From the NCBI GenBank assembly GCA_964016885.1, contig OZ024744.1, forward strand, positions 81,716,001-81,780,000: DNA of 64,000 bases, in the 5' to 3' direction. How positions within the stretch are numbered: the first letter of the stretch is position 1; each line of letters begins with the position of its first letter. A program made the translations under genes and the position numbers. The notes beneath the pieces are model-generated. The model was not told the DNA's origin. It ran no database searches and saw nothing but the letters and a program-made list of their open reading frames with translations. This document shows positions 27,814 to 41,102 of the stretch, piece by piece. Source of the DNA: Eledone cirrhosa. Its lineage: Eukaryota.

Positions 27814-27902
<89 letters not shown>

Positions 27903-27907
<5 letters not shown>

Positions 27908-28100
27908 AACCAGTAAGACCCCGACAGCTGAGCTCAAGCCGTTTCGACGGCTAATTCTGGGTCCAGAATTAGCCGTCGAAACGGCTTGAGCTCAGCTGTC
28001 GGGGTCTTACTGGTTCCTATTACCCACTTTACTACCTCAAGTATTGAGTACTTTGGTGCGTTATGGTCCACCTGGTTCCTTACCACATTTCCTTCGTTAT
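27903..28100 (+). mobile_element. Perfect 58-bp foldback carrying the 3' half of a hammerhead, between (TA)n tracts
   Basis: Arms 27903-27960 and 27963-28020. The right arm has GAAACGGCT...AGCTGTC-GGGGTC, while the CTGANGA half is absent. Confidence 0.65.
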
Positions 28101-28237
28101 ATATATATATATATATATATTCATTAGTTAAGCAAAACAAGACCGCAGATTTCACAGGAAGACATTATTAAAAGATTGTCAACATATTTTAGTTTGATGT
28201 AAGGAATGTAGAGAATAATAATAATAATATTAATAAT

Positions 28238-28425
28238 AATTGTTTCTACTTTAGGCACAAGGCTAGCAATTACCCAGTGCATTACTGGTACTTTATTTTA
28301 TCGACCCCGTTAGGATGAAAGGTAAAGTCAACCTCGGCGGGATTTGAACTCAGATCGTAAAGGGACGTAACTATGCTGGAAAGCATGGCGTCCGACCCCC
28401 TACTGATACTGCCAATCCACCGCCC
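28238..28425 (-). mobile_element. tRNA-derived SINE
   Basis: Reverse-complement copy with an (ATT)n tail. Confidence 0.85.
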
Positions 28426-29198
28426 TCTAATAAAAATATTAATAATAATAATGTCCGTTTACAATTCTATCGCTACTCCATATAATATTTCTGGATCAAA
28501 TGATTATATATCATTATTGATCTGGTTCAGTTGAAAATAATTAACATAGGTAGAAATAGAGCAGCTCATCGGAACTTCAAAAGGAATATAAATTAAAATA
28601 AGGAAAGAATGTTACATAAATGTAATGTTCCATATGTTGGTATTTCACTATGGTGTCCTGGGTATATCAATTGTCTGCCATAGTGGAGCAGTATTCTTCT
28701 GTCGAGGCTGTATTGTGTGAAATCTGCCTATGAGTAACAAGATGGCAGCTAATGGACATATTTACCTTACTAATTAGAGGGTGGTTTCAGGGGAAGTAAC
28801 TCCTCGAGAGATTAGAAATTGTGGGTAGTTTATAGTTAAGTGCTAATTTTTTAATTTTTTAATTGCGAGACAATGTAACTTATAATTATCTAAGTTAGTT
28901 ATAGCTATTTAACTTATTAGCTACAAGTAGAAATGAGGCTAAATGACTATGTTGGGTCAACTATTCTGTTGGCGAAGGAATTAGCCCTTCGATGTGAATA
29001 TTTCCAGCTCTGTGCACCTAACCTCTGCATGAACCCAGCCACCTAGATGCCTTCCACTGCATATTGCACATTGAGCACATGGCTTTACGCTTTGGCTTCT
29101 AACTAATTCATCAATCTCTCCTCTCCTATCTCCTCCCCTATCTCCATCTCTCTCTCTTTAAGATTGGTTACTTTTGAACTGTGTGTATATATATATAT

Positions 29199-29630
29199 AA
29201 TATATAAGATCAAAAGATGGTTAAAAGAGTTCTATGTATTTTATTATGTGCATTTCAAAAACAAATATCATCATGCGATAACATTTGCGTTTTCGTCATA
29301 TAAAATAGGGAGACATGATATGAAGGTTAAAAAATACTTGTGAATAGTGCAGTTTTAAATCAACATATCATATGTTGATTTAAAACTGCACTATTCACAA
29401 GTGTTTTTTAACCTTCATATCATGTCTCCCTAATTTATCTGACGAAAACGCAAATATCATCGCATGATGATATTTGTTTTTGAAATGCGCATAATAAAAT
29501 ACATAGAACTCTTTTAACCATCTTTTGATCTTATATATTATGTATACTCCAGTCCTACAAATTGTAGAGTGCTACTTATCCGATATCTGCATTGCATTAT
29601 TGTACTACAATAAAACTCACCTCCTACATA
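29199..29630 (+). mobile_element. PLE-like end family F, about 170-bp arm palindrome with HHR at 29431-29501
   Basis: The palindrome centre is at 29369. Motif CTGACGA...GAAATGCGCATA-ATAAAATA is homologous to 8196-8266. Confidence 0.75.
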
Positions 29631-29857
29631 AAAACTGTGATAATTATTGCTATTTTTGCTGAACTCCTTTTGTAGAGTTTTTTTCAGAATGTATTTGACT
29701 GCTATTTCTTGTAAATAAACATTCACTTACATCCTGACGTCACTAGCCTCGTTTTTCCCCATGTGCTTTTTCATAACTACACATGTTGGCGAACTAGCCA
29801 GTTTTAGAATTCCCTTTTTCGGATTATAATACTGTGAGAGCCCTGGCTTTCGGCTGA

Positions 29858-29938
29858 GCTCTGCTGATGAATGAAATCCAACCGTGAACATCTCCACTGA
29901 AAGTTTTCATGAAATAGTCTTTTAAGACTATACAGAGC
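29858..29938 (+). ncRNA. Canonical type I hammerhead ribozyme
   Basis: GCTCTG-CTGATGA-ATGAAA...TTTCAT-GAAATAGTCT-ttta-AGACTATA-CAGAGC. All three stems are Watson-Crick and the triplet is AUA. Confidence 0.88.
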
Positions 29939-30352
29939 ATTTGATGTTATTCCAAATTGAAGGATAAGTGTTTTGAACTTTATTTTATCATGAGTTAAAG
30001 GTCTATTGATTTTTCCCTGGATTGCACTAAATTCTGTGGATGAATTTGTATCCTGATTCTCTTTTGAGATGAGTTTAAATTATTTTTCCTAAATCTTACG
30101 TTAACTACTTTTCCCATCTTGACGTTATAGTCGCATATATGTTATAGAATGCTGTTAGCTTCTCGCTAAAACAATCTCTATACCTCTCATTTATATATAT
30201 ATATATATATATTTATCTCTTTCTTTCTATCGCTTTCTTTCTCTCCTTTTCAGCATGTCTCACTCTCATTCTCTCACCTTTTCGCTATTTCTTTCTTTCT
30301 CCCTTTTCTTTCTCTTTCTCTTTATTATACTTTCTCTCTCCCCCACCCTCTC

Positions 30353-30431
<79 letters not shown>

Positions 30432-30662
30432 CTAACTATCTATCTTTCTCGGGATGGACACACGCGTATAACTTGCAGAGTAAGTTCTGTTTAAATTTCT
30501 ATAGAAATTCTTGTCTGTAAACTTTAATTTTTGTACCATTTTGTAGAGGGACTGCCAGGTCAAACTTTGATCTGGTCAGTCTCTTAAAATATTCTACGCC
30601 TTTAGGCGAAATAGTTAAACAAAAAAAGTTTTTTTCTTGTTGAAAAGTTAACATTTTTTTAA

Positions 30663-32454
30663 ATGGCTGAAGCTTCTTCACCAAAATTCGAAGGAGGAAA
30701 GGGGAAGATAAACTTACAGCTTCCCCCTGCCACTGTCACAGTAGCAGAGGTCAAAAACAAAGGTCAGCCAGAGGAAGGATTTTCTCCACCTGCTGACCGA
30801 CAACTTGACGTTGCCATGGCAACAAACCAAAGAACCAGCGGCACCAGCAACAGCAACAACAACAACAATGCGACGGTCGAAAACAACACCAATAACAATA
30901 ACAACAACAACAAGACCAATAACTGTGATAACAACAACAATGATAGCAACAACACCACCAACTACAATAACAACACAAGCAGGGAAAGGGTCTCCTCCGC
31001 CCAGACGGCAAGAAAAACCCTCGACTATCTGCCAGTAGATATAACCAAAGCGAAGGAGCTATTGGCAGATGCCAAAAAATATATAGTGTACGGGGAAAAT
31101 GGTTCATTCAAGATTCCCCCCCCCCCCCCCGGAACTAAAAAGCCAGAGACTCCTAAACACTGTCATGTTTAGGACAATCTCGAATAAAAGCAAAAAACCA
31201 GCTCAACCATCACAGAGTGAGATAGAGCTGGTTTTAAAAGACGTCATGAAGGACATCACCTTCATTCAGAAGGATAGACTCTACGGGAGTCTATCCATTC
31301 TCATGAAGGACAGGGACACAGCAGTGAAACTGTCCATCAAACCAATTACATCCACCGCATACACCTTCTACCCTACGTATATGGGTAGAAGAACACAAAA
31401 AATAAAAATCCACACCATCCTGCCGATTATGGACATATGGTGGGTTTTGACAGGTTTCCTGGACCTGGATGATGACACGCTGGTGTCCATGGGAAAGGCA
31501 TCGGGTGACGCGTTCAGTGGAACGAGCCTCGAACTTGTAGTTCAAATGAGGCCCGAAAGGATCGCCCAGATCCCTGAACGCGTCATACTGGATGATCAAA
31601 CTTTCATCAACATTACCGTTGAGGGTAGGCGGCCCTCGTGTTACCTCTGCGGAACCAGAGGTCACCTGAGGGCTGTCTGTCCCCAACTTAATAAGAAAAC
31701 CCAAATCCTGCCTACACCACCAACAACTGCACAACCAACACAATCACCACAACTACCACTACAAAAACAACAACCACAGCTCAAACCAAAACAAAACAAT
31801 ATCCAACCCATCCTCCCCACTAAAAAAAAAACAATTTCCAAAACACCCGCACCGCAAACACAACCCGAAAATATACCCCTCCCCTCCAACGCGGAAGATG
31901 ACCCTAGTTCGTCGTCAGACGAGGAGGAGCACTTCCACACAATCAAAAGAAAAAAAAGAAAACACACCTCAGACACACAAATGAAAACAACCCCTCCCCA
32001 AAACATAACACTGACACCAACACAAAAGAGCTCACAACAGCAAACAAAAAACACCACACAAAAACAAAAACATGCATACACATACATAAACACAAGAAAC
32101 AAAAAACTGTTAAACATTGTGTACAACAACAATACAATAAAAACCCAAGGGCCTAACTTCAGCCAGGCAGGGGATTTCCCCCACCTCAAAATGATTAAGG
32201 CCCCACAGGACACTTATAAAACTTTAAAAAACAACTTTAAAGAGGACGTGGGTCCCCCATGCGTCAGGCCCATTAACCGCGTCCTTCTAAAAAACTACCC
32301 CACCCCCTCCCCAAACACCCACACAACTCCAAACACCCCAACCACACAACACACTGATGCCCCTACACTTCCACAAACCACCACCCCACCCAACAACCCA
32401 CCCCCCACCCTAATGGAAATTGTGCAGCCCGATACCCGGGACGCAGAGAGGTAA
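30663..32454 (+). pseudogene. Tx1-type ORF1 (gag-like, CCHC zinc knuckle), frameshift at poly-C about 31115-31130
   Basis: CYLCGTRGHLRAVC fits CX2CX4HX4C. Two overlapping ORFs join at a homopolymer, which may be a sequencing error. Confidence 0.8.
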
Positions 32455-32478
32455 GTGCCTTTTCTCTTCACCACCAAC

Positions 32479-35400
32479 ATGGCTATGCTAAGAGTAGGCT
32501 GTTTAAATGCGCGTGGCCTGGGCTCAACTTGGAAGCAAGCAATGCTTCTAAATGACCTCAGGTCACAACGTATAGATGTGATGGTTATTTGCGATGCCCG
32601 GATCAGCAACGTGCGACAGCTGGCCCCCACCTTTGATGACTTTGAGATGCACGCATCTCTCTGTCAGCCCGGAGGTGAGGGTGGGGTTGTCGTTCTGCTG
32701 CAAAAACATCTGGGTCTCGCAACACAGATGGTACATTTGGACCCGGAGGGTCGACTAGTGGTTCTGGACCTTGGCAGTGGTGAAGGCGGAGCGTTTAGGT
32801 TGGTAGCCGGACTTCTTCTATCGTCTGGAGACTTTTCTAGGGTCGTTCCGCTCCTTGCTATTAGTGGGGGACTGGAATGGTATCCTAGATGCACGCTGGG
32901 ACTACGTAGGGGCCTGTCCCGATAGAGAGGGGTGTAATAGCCTCAAAGGGTTAATCGGTCGATTTGATCTGGCCGATAGATATCGACTAGATTTTCCGAC
33001 TGCGCCAACCTGGACTTGGGCAAATCGTAGCGGATCATCTAGGTCATACCTAGATAGGTTCTTAGTTAGAATTAAGGATAAGGACTTTTTAAGTTGTCCA
33101 AAAATGCGCATGGTTGGCTATTCAGACCACAAGTTAGTGACCTGCATGGTCAACCTTGACAGAACTCATAGACAGGGGCCCGGTTACTGGAAGCTCAACT
33201 TGTCCTTACCGGCAAGTAAAGCTTACAGGGACCGGATTAGCACTTTAGTTAAGGAGCGGTTGACGGGCGCCATCGTCAACAGCAGGTGGTGGGGATCTCT
33301 CAAAAGAAAGATTAGAGTAGTCTCTATAGAATTTAGTAAGGAGTTAGCCTCAAATAGAAATAGGAAGGAAAGGGAGTTGGTAGATAGTGTAGAAGAGGCA
33401 ATTAGAAGCGGCGACGTGGCCAGAGTGCTAACGTCGAGAACGGCCCTGGGCCAGTTCTTCGACGCGAAACACGAAGGCTGCATCATCCAAGGCAAAATAC
33501 GTGCTCTGGGAAACGAGGGGACCAAAGCTGTTAGCTGGGCCCGCGTGACAGAAGCCAAAAGAGGGAGCAGATCCACTATCCGGTCTTTGTGAAACCAGGA
33601 TGGACGGGTGATCCTTGAACCTAAGCAGATGTGCGAGGCTTTTCAAAAGCACTTTGCCGGATTGTTCGGAAGGGGCGGGGAGCCGGTTGGGGAAGTGGAC
33701 TTCGGTCCATACCTCGACGGCCTGCCGCGTCTCTCGGACAGGGAGGCGAAGTCCTGCGAGGAGCCGATTTCAGCCGCTGAGATAGAGGATGTGCTGGGCC
33801 AATGCGGCAAACGCAAATCCCCGGGTCTCGATGGTCTTCCATACGAACTATATCTAGCTATGCTGGACTTGTTCCCCGATCTCCTCGAGGCGGTCTACTG
33901 CAATTGGCAACAGAACGGGAGAATTCCCTGTGCTGTGACCAAGAGCGTAGTCACGCTAGTGAGGAAAGACGAAAACAAGGGGGACGATATAAATAATTTC
34001 AGGTCCATAACTCTGCTAAATACAGAGTTACAGATTTTGGCCAAGGTGCTAGCAAAGAGGTTGGCGCTTGTCGTGGGCAACCTGGTGGGAGATGCGGAGA
34101 CATGTGCTATCCCGTCCAGGTCCATCCACGACAACCTCCACCTCATGCGATACATCATAGAAAGGGTTGGGAACGAACCCGGCTTTGGTGGGGCCCTGAT
34201 CAACTTGGATCAATCTAAGGCATTCGATAGGGTCGACCATGGTTACCTGGATGCGGTGCTAGCGGCGGCAGGCTTCGGAGCGGTTTTCAGGAGCTGGATC
34301 AATGCCATGCACAGCAGCCGCATCTGCTCTAGGGTCAAGGTGAACGGCTACCTCTCGGAGTCGTTCGAAATCGCGCGGTCCATCCGACAGGGGTGCCCTC
34401 TCTCCTCCCTTCTGTATGTAATGACTCTAGAGCAACTGCTGCGGAAGTTGGAGTTGTTGGAGGGCATCCCGTTGGAACCGGGATTGCGGAAAGCGGTGTC
34501 GGCCTACGCCGACGACGTAACAGTAATGGTGTCTACGGCCTCGGAAATCGGGGCGATCGGCACCTTACTGGGGGAGTACGAAAGGTTTACAGGGGCTAAG
34601 CTGAACCGGGACAAGTCGATCGGTCTGCAACTCGGCACGTGGAGTGGCAGATCGATGCCCTCCGATGGCGTCGTCGGGCGCTGGACGGAGGGCCCGGTGA
34701 AGTTGCTCGGGGTCTGATTCGGACCAGACCTCCAGGTGGAGAAGAACTAGGGTGAGGTAACGAACAGGGTGTTTGCACTGACCCAGAAGTGGGCCGAGTG
34801 CGAACTGTCCCTGAAAGGTCGGGCGGATGTGGCGAACACTTATATAGCGTCCGTCATCTACTACCGCCTGACCGTTGTGCCTTGCCCAAGGGAAACGCTC
34901 GCCAAAATGGAGCGCGCACTCTTCCAATTCCTTTGGAAGAAGCGGGCTCCTATGGTGAGGAGATCCATCTGCTGTCAACACCCTTCGAAAGGAGGGCTGG
35001 GATGCCGTGGCTAATGATACGTAAACACGCATTAAGGCTACGGCACCTTCAGGTATTCCTCTCCGGTCAACCGGTGTGGGCTCCGTTTGTGAGGCGAGCC
35101 TTTCCCAGACTCGTCTCACTCACCGAGGCATGGAGGAAGACGAACTGGCCAACCTGTTCGGTAGGACATTCAGCCCGGGACCCATGACATTCAGCCCGGG
35201 ACCCATGGATAACTTCCAGAGGTCCCTGGCCTGGCAGTGCTACAGAAGGGCTCTGCCCGTTCGAGAAAGGCTCTACAGACACGGGCGCCCGGGTAGGGAC
35301 CCCTCGAAAATGATCTGTCCCAGATGCGTGTGCGACGGGCATTGCTGATCTGTGGGGCTATGTCGAACAACTGCTGTCAAGGGTGGGACCGATCCGGTTG

Positions 35401-35697
35401 ACCACCGAGTCTATTGTAACGATCAAGCCGCCTCCCCTCTTCAAAAACGAAGGAGAGGCGGTGTTTCTGTGCGTAATAGCCATGGCGAAAGAGGTTGTAT
35501 GGTGGACGCGTCTGAAAGGACTGAGGTCAGACACCTTTCTCTCTAGCCAACAACTGGTCCGTTTCTTCTGATATCATTTCGGAAGAAGGATCAGGATGGA
35601 GAGAGAGGTGCTGCACCCCAGCCGTTTTTATGAAAGATGGGTGAAAGTGGCGAGAATGGCCCGTGTGAATGGGTCTTCACTCTACATCAGACTATAG
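32479..35697 (+). pseudogene. Tx1-type ORF2 (APE endonuclease and reverse transcriptase), several stops and frameshifts
   Basis: Motifs LNARGL, GDWN, SYLDRF, SDHK, YWKLN, KSPGLDGL, LDQSKAFDRV, IRQGCPLS, AYADDV and GGLG. Confidence 0.92.
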
Positions 35698-36149
35698 GTG
35701 AGGAAGATGAAAGACCAAGGGAGCACCCCTTCTCTGTGCTCCTGAGGAAAAGGGTTGCACACTTTTTTCGGGGGTGTGTGCGCCCTCCAAAGGCGCCTCC
35801 TCTCTATTGAGGATTTTGTTATATATTTTATTCTGTTATATTTTATTTTATTTTTATATTTTGTTATTGCCTCCTCCTTATTGAGGACGCCTTGTTTTGT
35901 AAACTCCCCCCATTGTACTTGTCCCACTTTTGATGCCCTGGTGGCAAATAAAAGAAACATATCTATCTATCTATATATCTATCTATCTCTTTTTTCTGTT
36001 TCCTTCTTTCAGTTTCTCTCGATATGTTCCTTCGTCTTCTTCTACCCATTCGCCACCCCTCGCCTCATCTCTTCTTCTTAATCACAGATTTAGTTAGATC
36101 ACTGTTTAAATGTCATATAGAATGCTACCCTATGAGTTTTACAAAGGCA

Positions 36150-37475
36150 TGCCTGACTTGTTCTCTGGCGTCCTCGAAGCCGTCTACTGCAATTAGCAGC
36201 AGAACGGGAGAATTCCCAGTTCTGCAGGCAAGGGCGTAGTAACGCTGATCAGGAAAGACGAGAACAAGGGGGACGAAATTAACAACTTCAGGCCCATAAC
36301 TCTGCTCAACACAGAGTTAAAGATTTTGGCCAAGGTGCTAGCGACGAGGTTGGCGCTTGTCGTCGAGAACCTGGTAGGGAAAGCGCAAACGTGTGCAATC
36401 CCGACCAGGTCCATACACGACAACCTCCACTTCATGCGATACATCATAGAGTGGGTGGGTAGTAAACCCGGCTTTGGTGGGGCTCTGATCAATTTGGATC
36501 AGTCTAAGGCATTCGATAGGATCGGCCATCGATACGTGGAAGCGGTTCTCAAGGCAGCCGGTTTCGGTCCCGTTTTCAGAGGCTGGATCGCGGCGAGCAC
36601 ACCAGCATCTGCTCGAGGGTCAAGGTGAACGGTTACCTATCAGAGCCGTTCGCAATCGCGCGTTCAATTCGACAGTGGTGCCCTCTCTCCTCCATTCTGT
36701 ATGTATTGACTCTAGAGCCACTACTGCGCAAAGCGGCTTATGCCGACGACGTGACGGTAATGGTATCGAGCACCTCGGAAATCGGGGTGATCGGCAACTT
36801 ACTGAAAGAATACGAAACGCTGACGGGAGCAAACTAAATCCGGACAATTCTGTCGGTTTGTAACTCGGTACGGGGAGAGGCAAACCGATGACATCCGACA
36901 GCGTCGTTGAACGCTGGACGGACGGACCGGTGAAATTGCTCGGGGTCTGGTTCGGTTCAGACCTCCAGGTGGAGAAAAACTGGAACGAGGTTACGGCTAA
37001 GGTGTTTGCACTCACCCAGAAGTGGGCAGAGTGCAAACTGTCCTTGAAAGGTCGAGCGGAGGTGGCGAACACCTTCATAGCGTCCGTCATCTACTACCGC
37101 TTGACTGTCGTGCCTTGTCCCCGTGAACACCTCGCCAAGATGGAACGCATGCTCTTCCAGTTTCTGTGGAAGAAGCAGGCTCCGCTGGTGAGGAGACCCG
37201 TCTACTGTCAGCACCCTTCCAACGGGGGGCTGGGAATGCCGTGGCTGATGATGCGCAAACATGCGCTGAGGCTGCGGCATCTCCAGGTATTCCACACCGA
37301 CCCCCAACCGGTGTGGGCTCCGTTTGTGAGACAGGCTTTCCCACAGCTCGTCTCGCTGACGGAGCTGCAGTCCTGGGTCAAGAAAAGACCGAAAACGATG
37401 GGCGCCTGGCACATTGAATGCGCTCAGGCGCTCACAGTCCTCTGGCAAGCGGGCACAGCAATCAGTGGAGACTCC
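36150..37475 (+). mobile_element. Internal Tx1-clade RT fragment
   Basis: Motifs LDQSKAFDR, AYADDV and KLLGVWFG. Closely related to the 11640-13130 subfamily. Confidence 0.88.
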
Positions 37476-38270
37476 ATATATATATATGTGTGTGTGTGCG
37501 TGTTTACGAGCGAGTGTGTATCTGTGCGGGTATATATGGGTACGTGTGTGTATGTGTGTGTGAGTGGGTGCAGGGGGGGGGGTACGTACATGTCTGTACG
37601 TGTTTGTGTGTACGTGTATACATACGCGTATGCATGTGTATGAGCATGTGTGTGTGTGTGTGCGTGTTTATGTATATGGGCCTGTGGGCATGTGTCTACG
37701 TATATACGTGCCTCTCTGGATGAATGTATGCGTATGTTTATATGTTTATATGTTCTCCTTAATGTGTGGGTATAGCGGGAGCCTATGCGTACGACTGTCG
37801 GTATCTATGTGGTTATGTGTGTGTGTGTGTGTGTGTGTGAGAGTGAGCGCATGGATGTGTGGAATACCAAACACAGCAGTAATTCATTGAAGTGTGGCAG
37901 ACATGGGACAGCGGAATAAAACCTGTGGTCAGAATTTATGATGACGTAGGTAACCAGCGGCCAATCACTGGACGCGCGAAGAGGATGAAGTTTTTGACAG
38001 TACTGGCCCACAGGGTCAGATACCCCAGTGGAAGAATATGCTCCGAAATCATTAGACGTGTCCGTCGAACCTGTAGTATCATACATTTTAAAATATCTAT
38101 AACAGTTACATTAAGCAACGTTTTTCTTACTCACACTTTCTCTATTGAATTTATTACGTTTTCGCATTTTCTCATTATTAGGGTATATATGTTAAATTTT
38201 CTCTTAGGTTAATCACTACCTTGATTAAATCTTAACCATTTAACATCTCAGGGTATATCATGTATCATTA

Positions 38271-38325
38271 TATTTTGTCTGATGAGGACGTACTGGTGTA
38301 CATCCGAAATATGTATAATAAAATG
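38271..38325 (+). ncRNA. Type I hammerhead ribozyme
   Basis: TATTTTGT-CTGATGA-GGAcGTACtggtGTACaTCC-GAAATATGTATA-ATAAAATG. Near-palindromic stem III. (TA)n lies about 150 nt downstream. Confidence 0.78.
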
Positions 38326-38471
38326 TAATTGATCAAAAGAACATCTATTTTATTAATATTTGTATTTTAATATTAATAACTCTGGAAAATTATTTTTTCC
38401 GTAGAGTGCTGTAGAGTGCAATCTACTGTAAAACTCATTCTTTGATATACTCATTGAATATTGTTTAACAC

Positions 38472-38525
<54 letters not shown>

Positions 38526-39193
38526 CAATAAAGGCCACACACAGAAATACAATAACAATAGTCTTATTAATTTCACACGCTTGAAAGGAACGTTCAACGT
38601 ATCGGAAGTCAGTGCTTCATCGGGAGTAGAGAAAACACAAATATGAGGTTAACAAATTAGAAGGGGGTAAACATGGAGCATGTGAGTGTGTGTATGTTGT
38701 ATTTAATTCTTCTTTGTATGTATATGCGTATGTGTTGTTCGAGTGATGTATACATTGTTCGTGATTGTGTGTATGAGTGTCTCGGTGTATTAACATTCTA
38801 TATGTACGTGGTTTAGCCCAATAGAAATATATGCAAAAAACAACTTTACTCCCAAAGCTGAAATTATGTATATGTAAGTACTTTTGCTTCCGGGCACTGA
38901 GAGCGCTTGATACGCCCCAAAGAAAATACCCTTATTGAATGTATGTCAGTATTTCTCCAGTCAAGCTTCTGGTTTCAGATCCTGCATGGATATGAACTTT
39001 GCTTCTCAAATTTTCAAGAGTAGAAAAATAAATAAGTACCAATTGTAGCCTGAAATATATAGCTACTCTTAAAAAAGAATTGTCTCGTCCTAAATAGAAA
39101 TACGCCAGTTTTATCTATAACAGACTGTCATAGTATCCAGGAAGTGTGAATTAATTTCTTAATTCCTTAAAATTCATCAATTCAGAGCTACCT

Positions 39194-39345
39194 ACTGGCG
39201 TCCTTGGCCCTAGGGCCACTTCGCTCCTCACCACTATCGGCACACAGTTGGCTACCCGCAGGTGTGACCTCGCGAGACAGAATATAGAAGGCGTCTCCCT
39301 CACCATCCTCCGGGGAAACGCTTTCTATATTCTGTCCGCCGGGAC
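39194..39345 (+). mobile_element. CRE-like element 3' fragment
   Basis: GVLGPRATSLLTTIG matches 17640-17690, followed by SLTILRGNA. Confidence 0.7.
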
Positions 39346-39924
39346 AACGGGGCGGCTAGCGCGTGGTCCTCCATTTGCTCATAATAGTTAAAGATAGAGA
39401 GAGCTGGAGGGACGGAGTTTGGTTCCTTTGTGTTCGGACCTGGTGCATATGTATATGTTTCACGGACACATTATTAAAAGTATCCTATGCGTAAATTTAG
39501 GACTTGTAATAAGTAACAGCCTGTAAGTCAATAATTCCTACGTTACGTAACTAGACATGCAAAGGTCATTTTTACCAGTTTTGCGTATCATATTTAATAA
39601 TATAGAGAGAATGACAAAAATTCTGAAATAGTGTATTCAAGCTAAACCTCATCATACATTCTTGTTTTACTTGCCAAGAAACGAACAATATTCTTTGCAG
39701 TCAATCTGATGCAATATTTCTATATGAAATGCATGAACTGTTGGCTTATGAGCAATCAATAGGCTGTTGAAAACATGCTATCTAATTGTTGGAGTTATTC
39801 AATTAACTACGTGATCTGAATAAGCGAAGGGGGAATATAAGAGAATTCTTAATAGTAAATTTAAAATTTAAAAATGTACAATAAAAATAAAACAGGAAAT
39901 ATCAATCTTAAAAAAAAAAAAATG

Positions 39925-40110
39925 TAATGTCAATTGTAAGGTCATATACAACACATGTAGCTGTAAATCGTTCCATTATAAGCTGCATGTCACACTGACT
40001 GAGAATGAGCAACAAAATCAACAACATCTGCATAAAGCAGTATTTGAATTACAGTTTTCAATGTCTTAGACATACAATTGAAAAATATAGTGAAACTTCC
40101 ATCTAACGAC
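39925..40110 (-). pseudogene. Highly degenerate RTE/BovB-like RT fragment
   Basis: Minus-strand translation IQILLYADVVDFVAHS..MQLIMERF. Confidence 0.5.
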
Positions 40111-41102
40111 GAAGAGACTGTCGATGGTCTTGCGACGAGCTGTTTTGGGAGGTATGGGATAAATGCACAAAGGCTGCGTAGTCCGAGACCTCCAAAGATG
40201 AATCTTGTCAGATAACATGCTTTTCCTGTTGTTCTAAAGCTTAGGTTGATGTAAATATCACATTATTGAATAGCTTAAGAAGTGTAGGCGAAATAGATTT
40301 AAAATAGAGTAAGAGCTGAGATATTTCCCTTTTAAACTCCATTGTCTAAGGCACCTTTTATCAGAAAGTTGCACGTTTATTGTGACCCAAGCCTTCATAT
40401 AACGATATCTATACTATAAAGCTGACGGCCGTATGTAAGTAACAAACTTTCCGCCAAGCGGCTGGACCAAACGACACCAAATTTGCACCATAGATGTAAC
40501 TTTTTCCAAGTAAGAAAGTGAGGAAATTTTTGTCTACTGAATTTTGTTAAAAGATTAAAGACATTATTTAAATATTCACTTCTTTAAAATTTTCAAATGT
40601 CAACACTTCCTGTTATACGACATTCCTAACGTCTTCACGAACCAAAAGTATCATCTTCCTGTTTTCTTCCTATTGCAACGTTTTTCGAAATATTTACTTA
40701 TGCGTTCACAGATTGATTTTTTTAGTTTCAGAGATCCCGTTAAGGGCGAAAGCAGCGATTCTTTGTTTAAACTTTAATCTGTTATTTTAATATATATACA
40801 TAATTATATATTCGTGTACAGATATTTTTGCATACACAAAAACAAAATATAAACAAACGTATTTATTTCACGAAAGCACAGGCGGCTTATCGTCATTGTT
40901 ACTGCCTAGATGCCACCCCAAAAGTCCCAGCCTGGCCGCAAGATCAGATTTTGCAGAAAAAAAAATGTTATAACAAACGTATTTATTTCACGAAAGCACA
41001 GATGGCTTATCGTCATTGTTACTGCCTAGATGCCACCCAAAAAGTCCCAGCCTGGCCGCAAGATCAGATTTTTCAGAAGAAAAAATGTTACTAGAGCAAC
41101 AG

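Larger units (their letters stand above)
26135..27818 (+). mobile_element. 592-bp tandem trimer of a non-coding HHR-bearing unit with 5' inversion (retrozyme-like), in (TA)n
   Basis: The period is 592/591 bp and the copies differ at only about 2 positions. 26135-26306 is the reverse complement of 26635-26806. Confidence 0.88.
30446..35958 (+). mobile_element. Near full-length Tx1/L1-clade non-LTR retrotransposon between (ATCT)n tracts
   Basis: Contains 5' UTR, ORF1 with zinc knuckle, ORF2 APE-RT-C-terminal domain, and the 3' end GTGGCAAATAAAAG followed by ATCT repeats. Confidence 0.92.

Noticed and set aside
26307-27818. Tandem array as CRISPR or rDNA/snRNA cluster
   Set aside because: There are no unique spacers or cas genes, the context is eukaryotic, and I recognise no rRNA or snRNA sequence.
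40725-40765. CAGA(A)GA-CCC/GGG-GAAAGCAGC motif, also at about 54175-54210 on the minus strand
   Set aside because: It is HHR-like, but the core and cleavage site deviate in both copies, so it was not counted.
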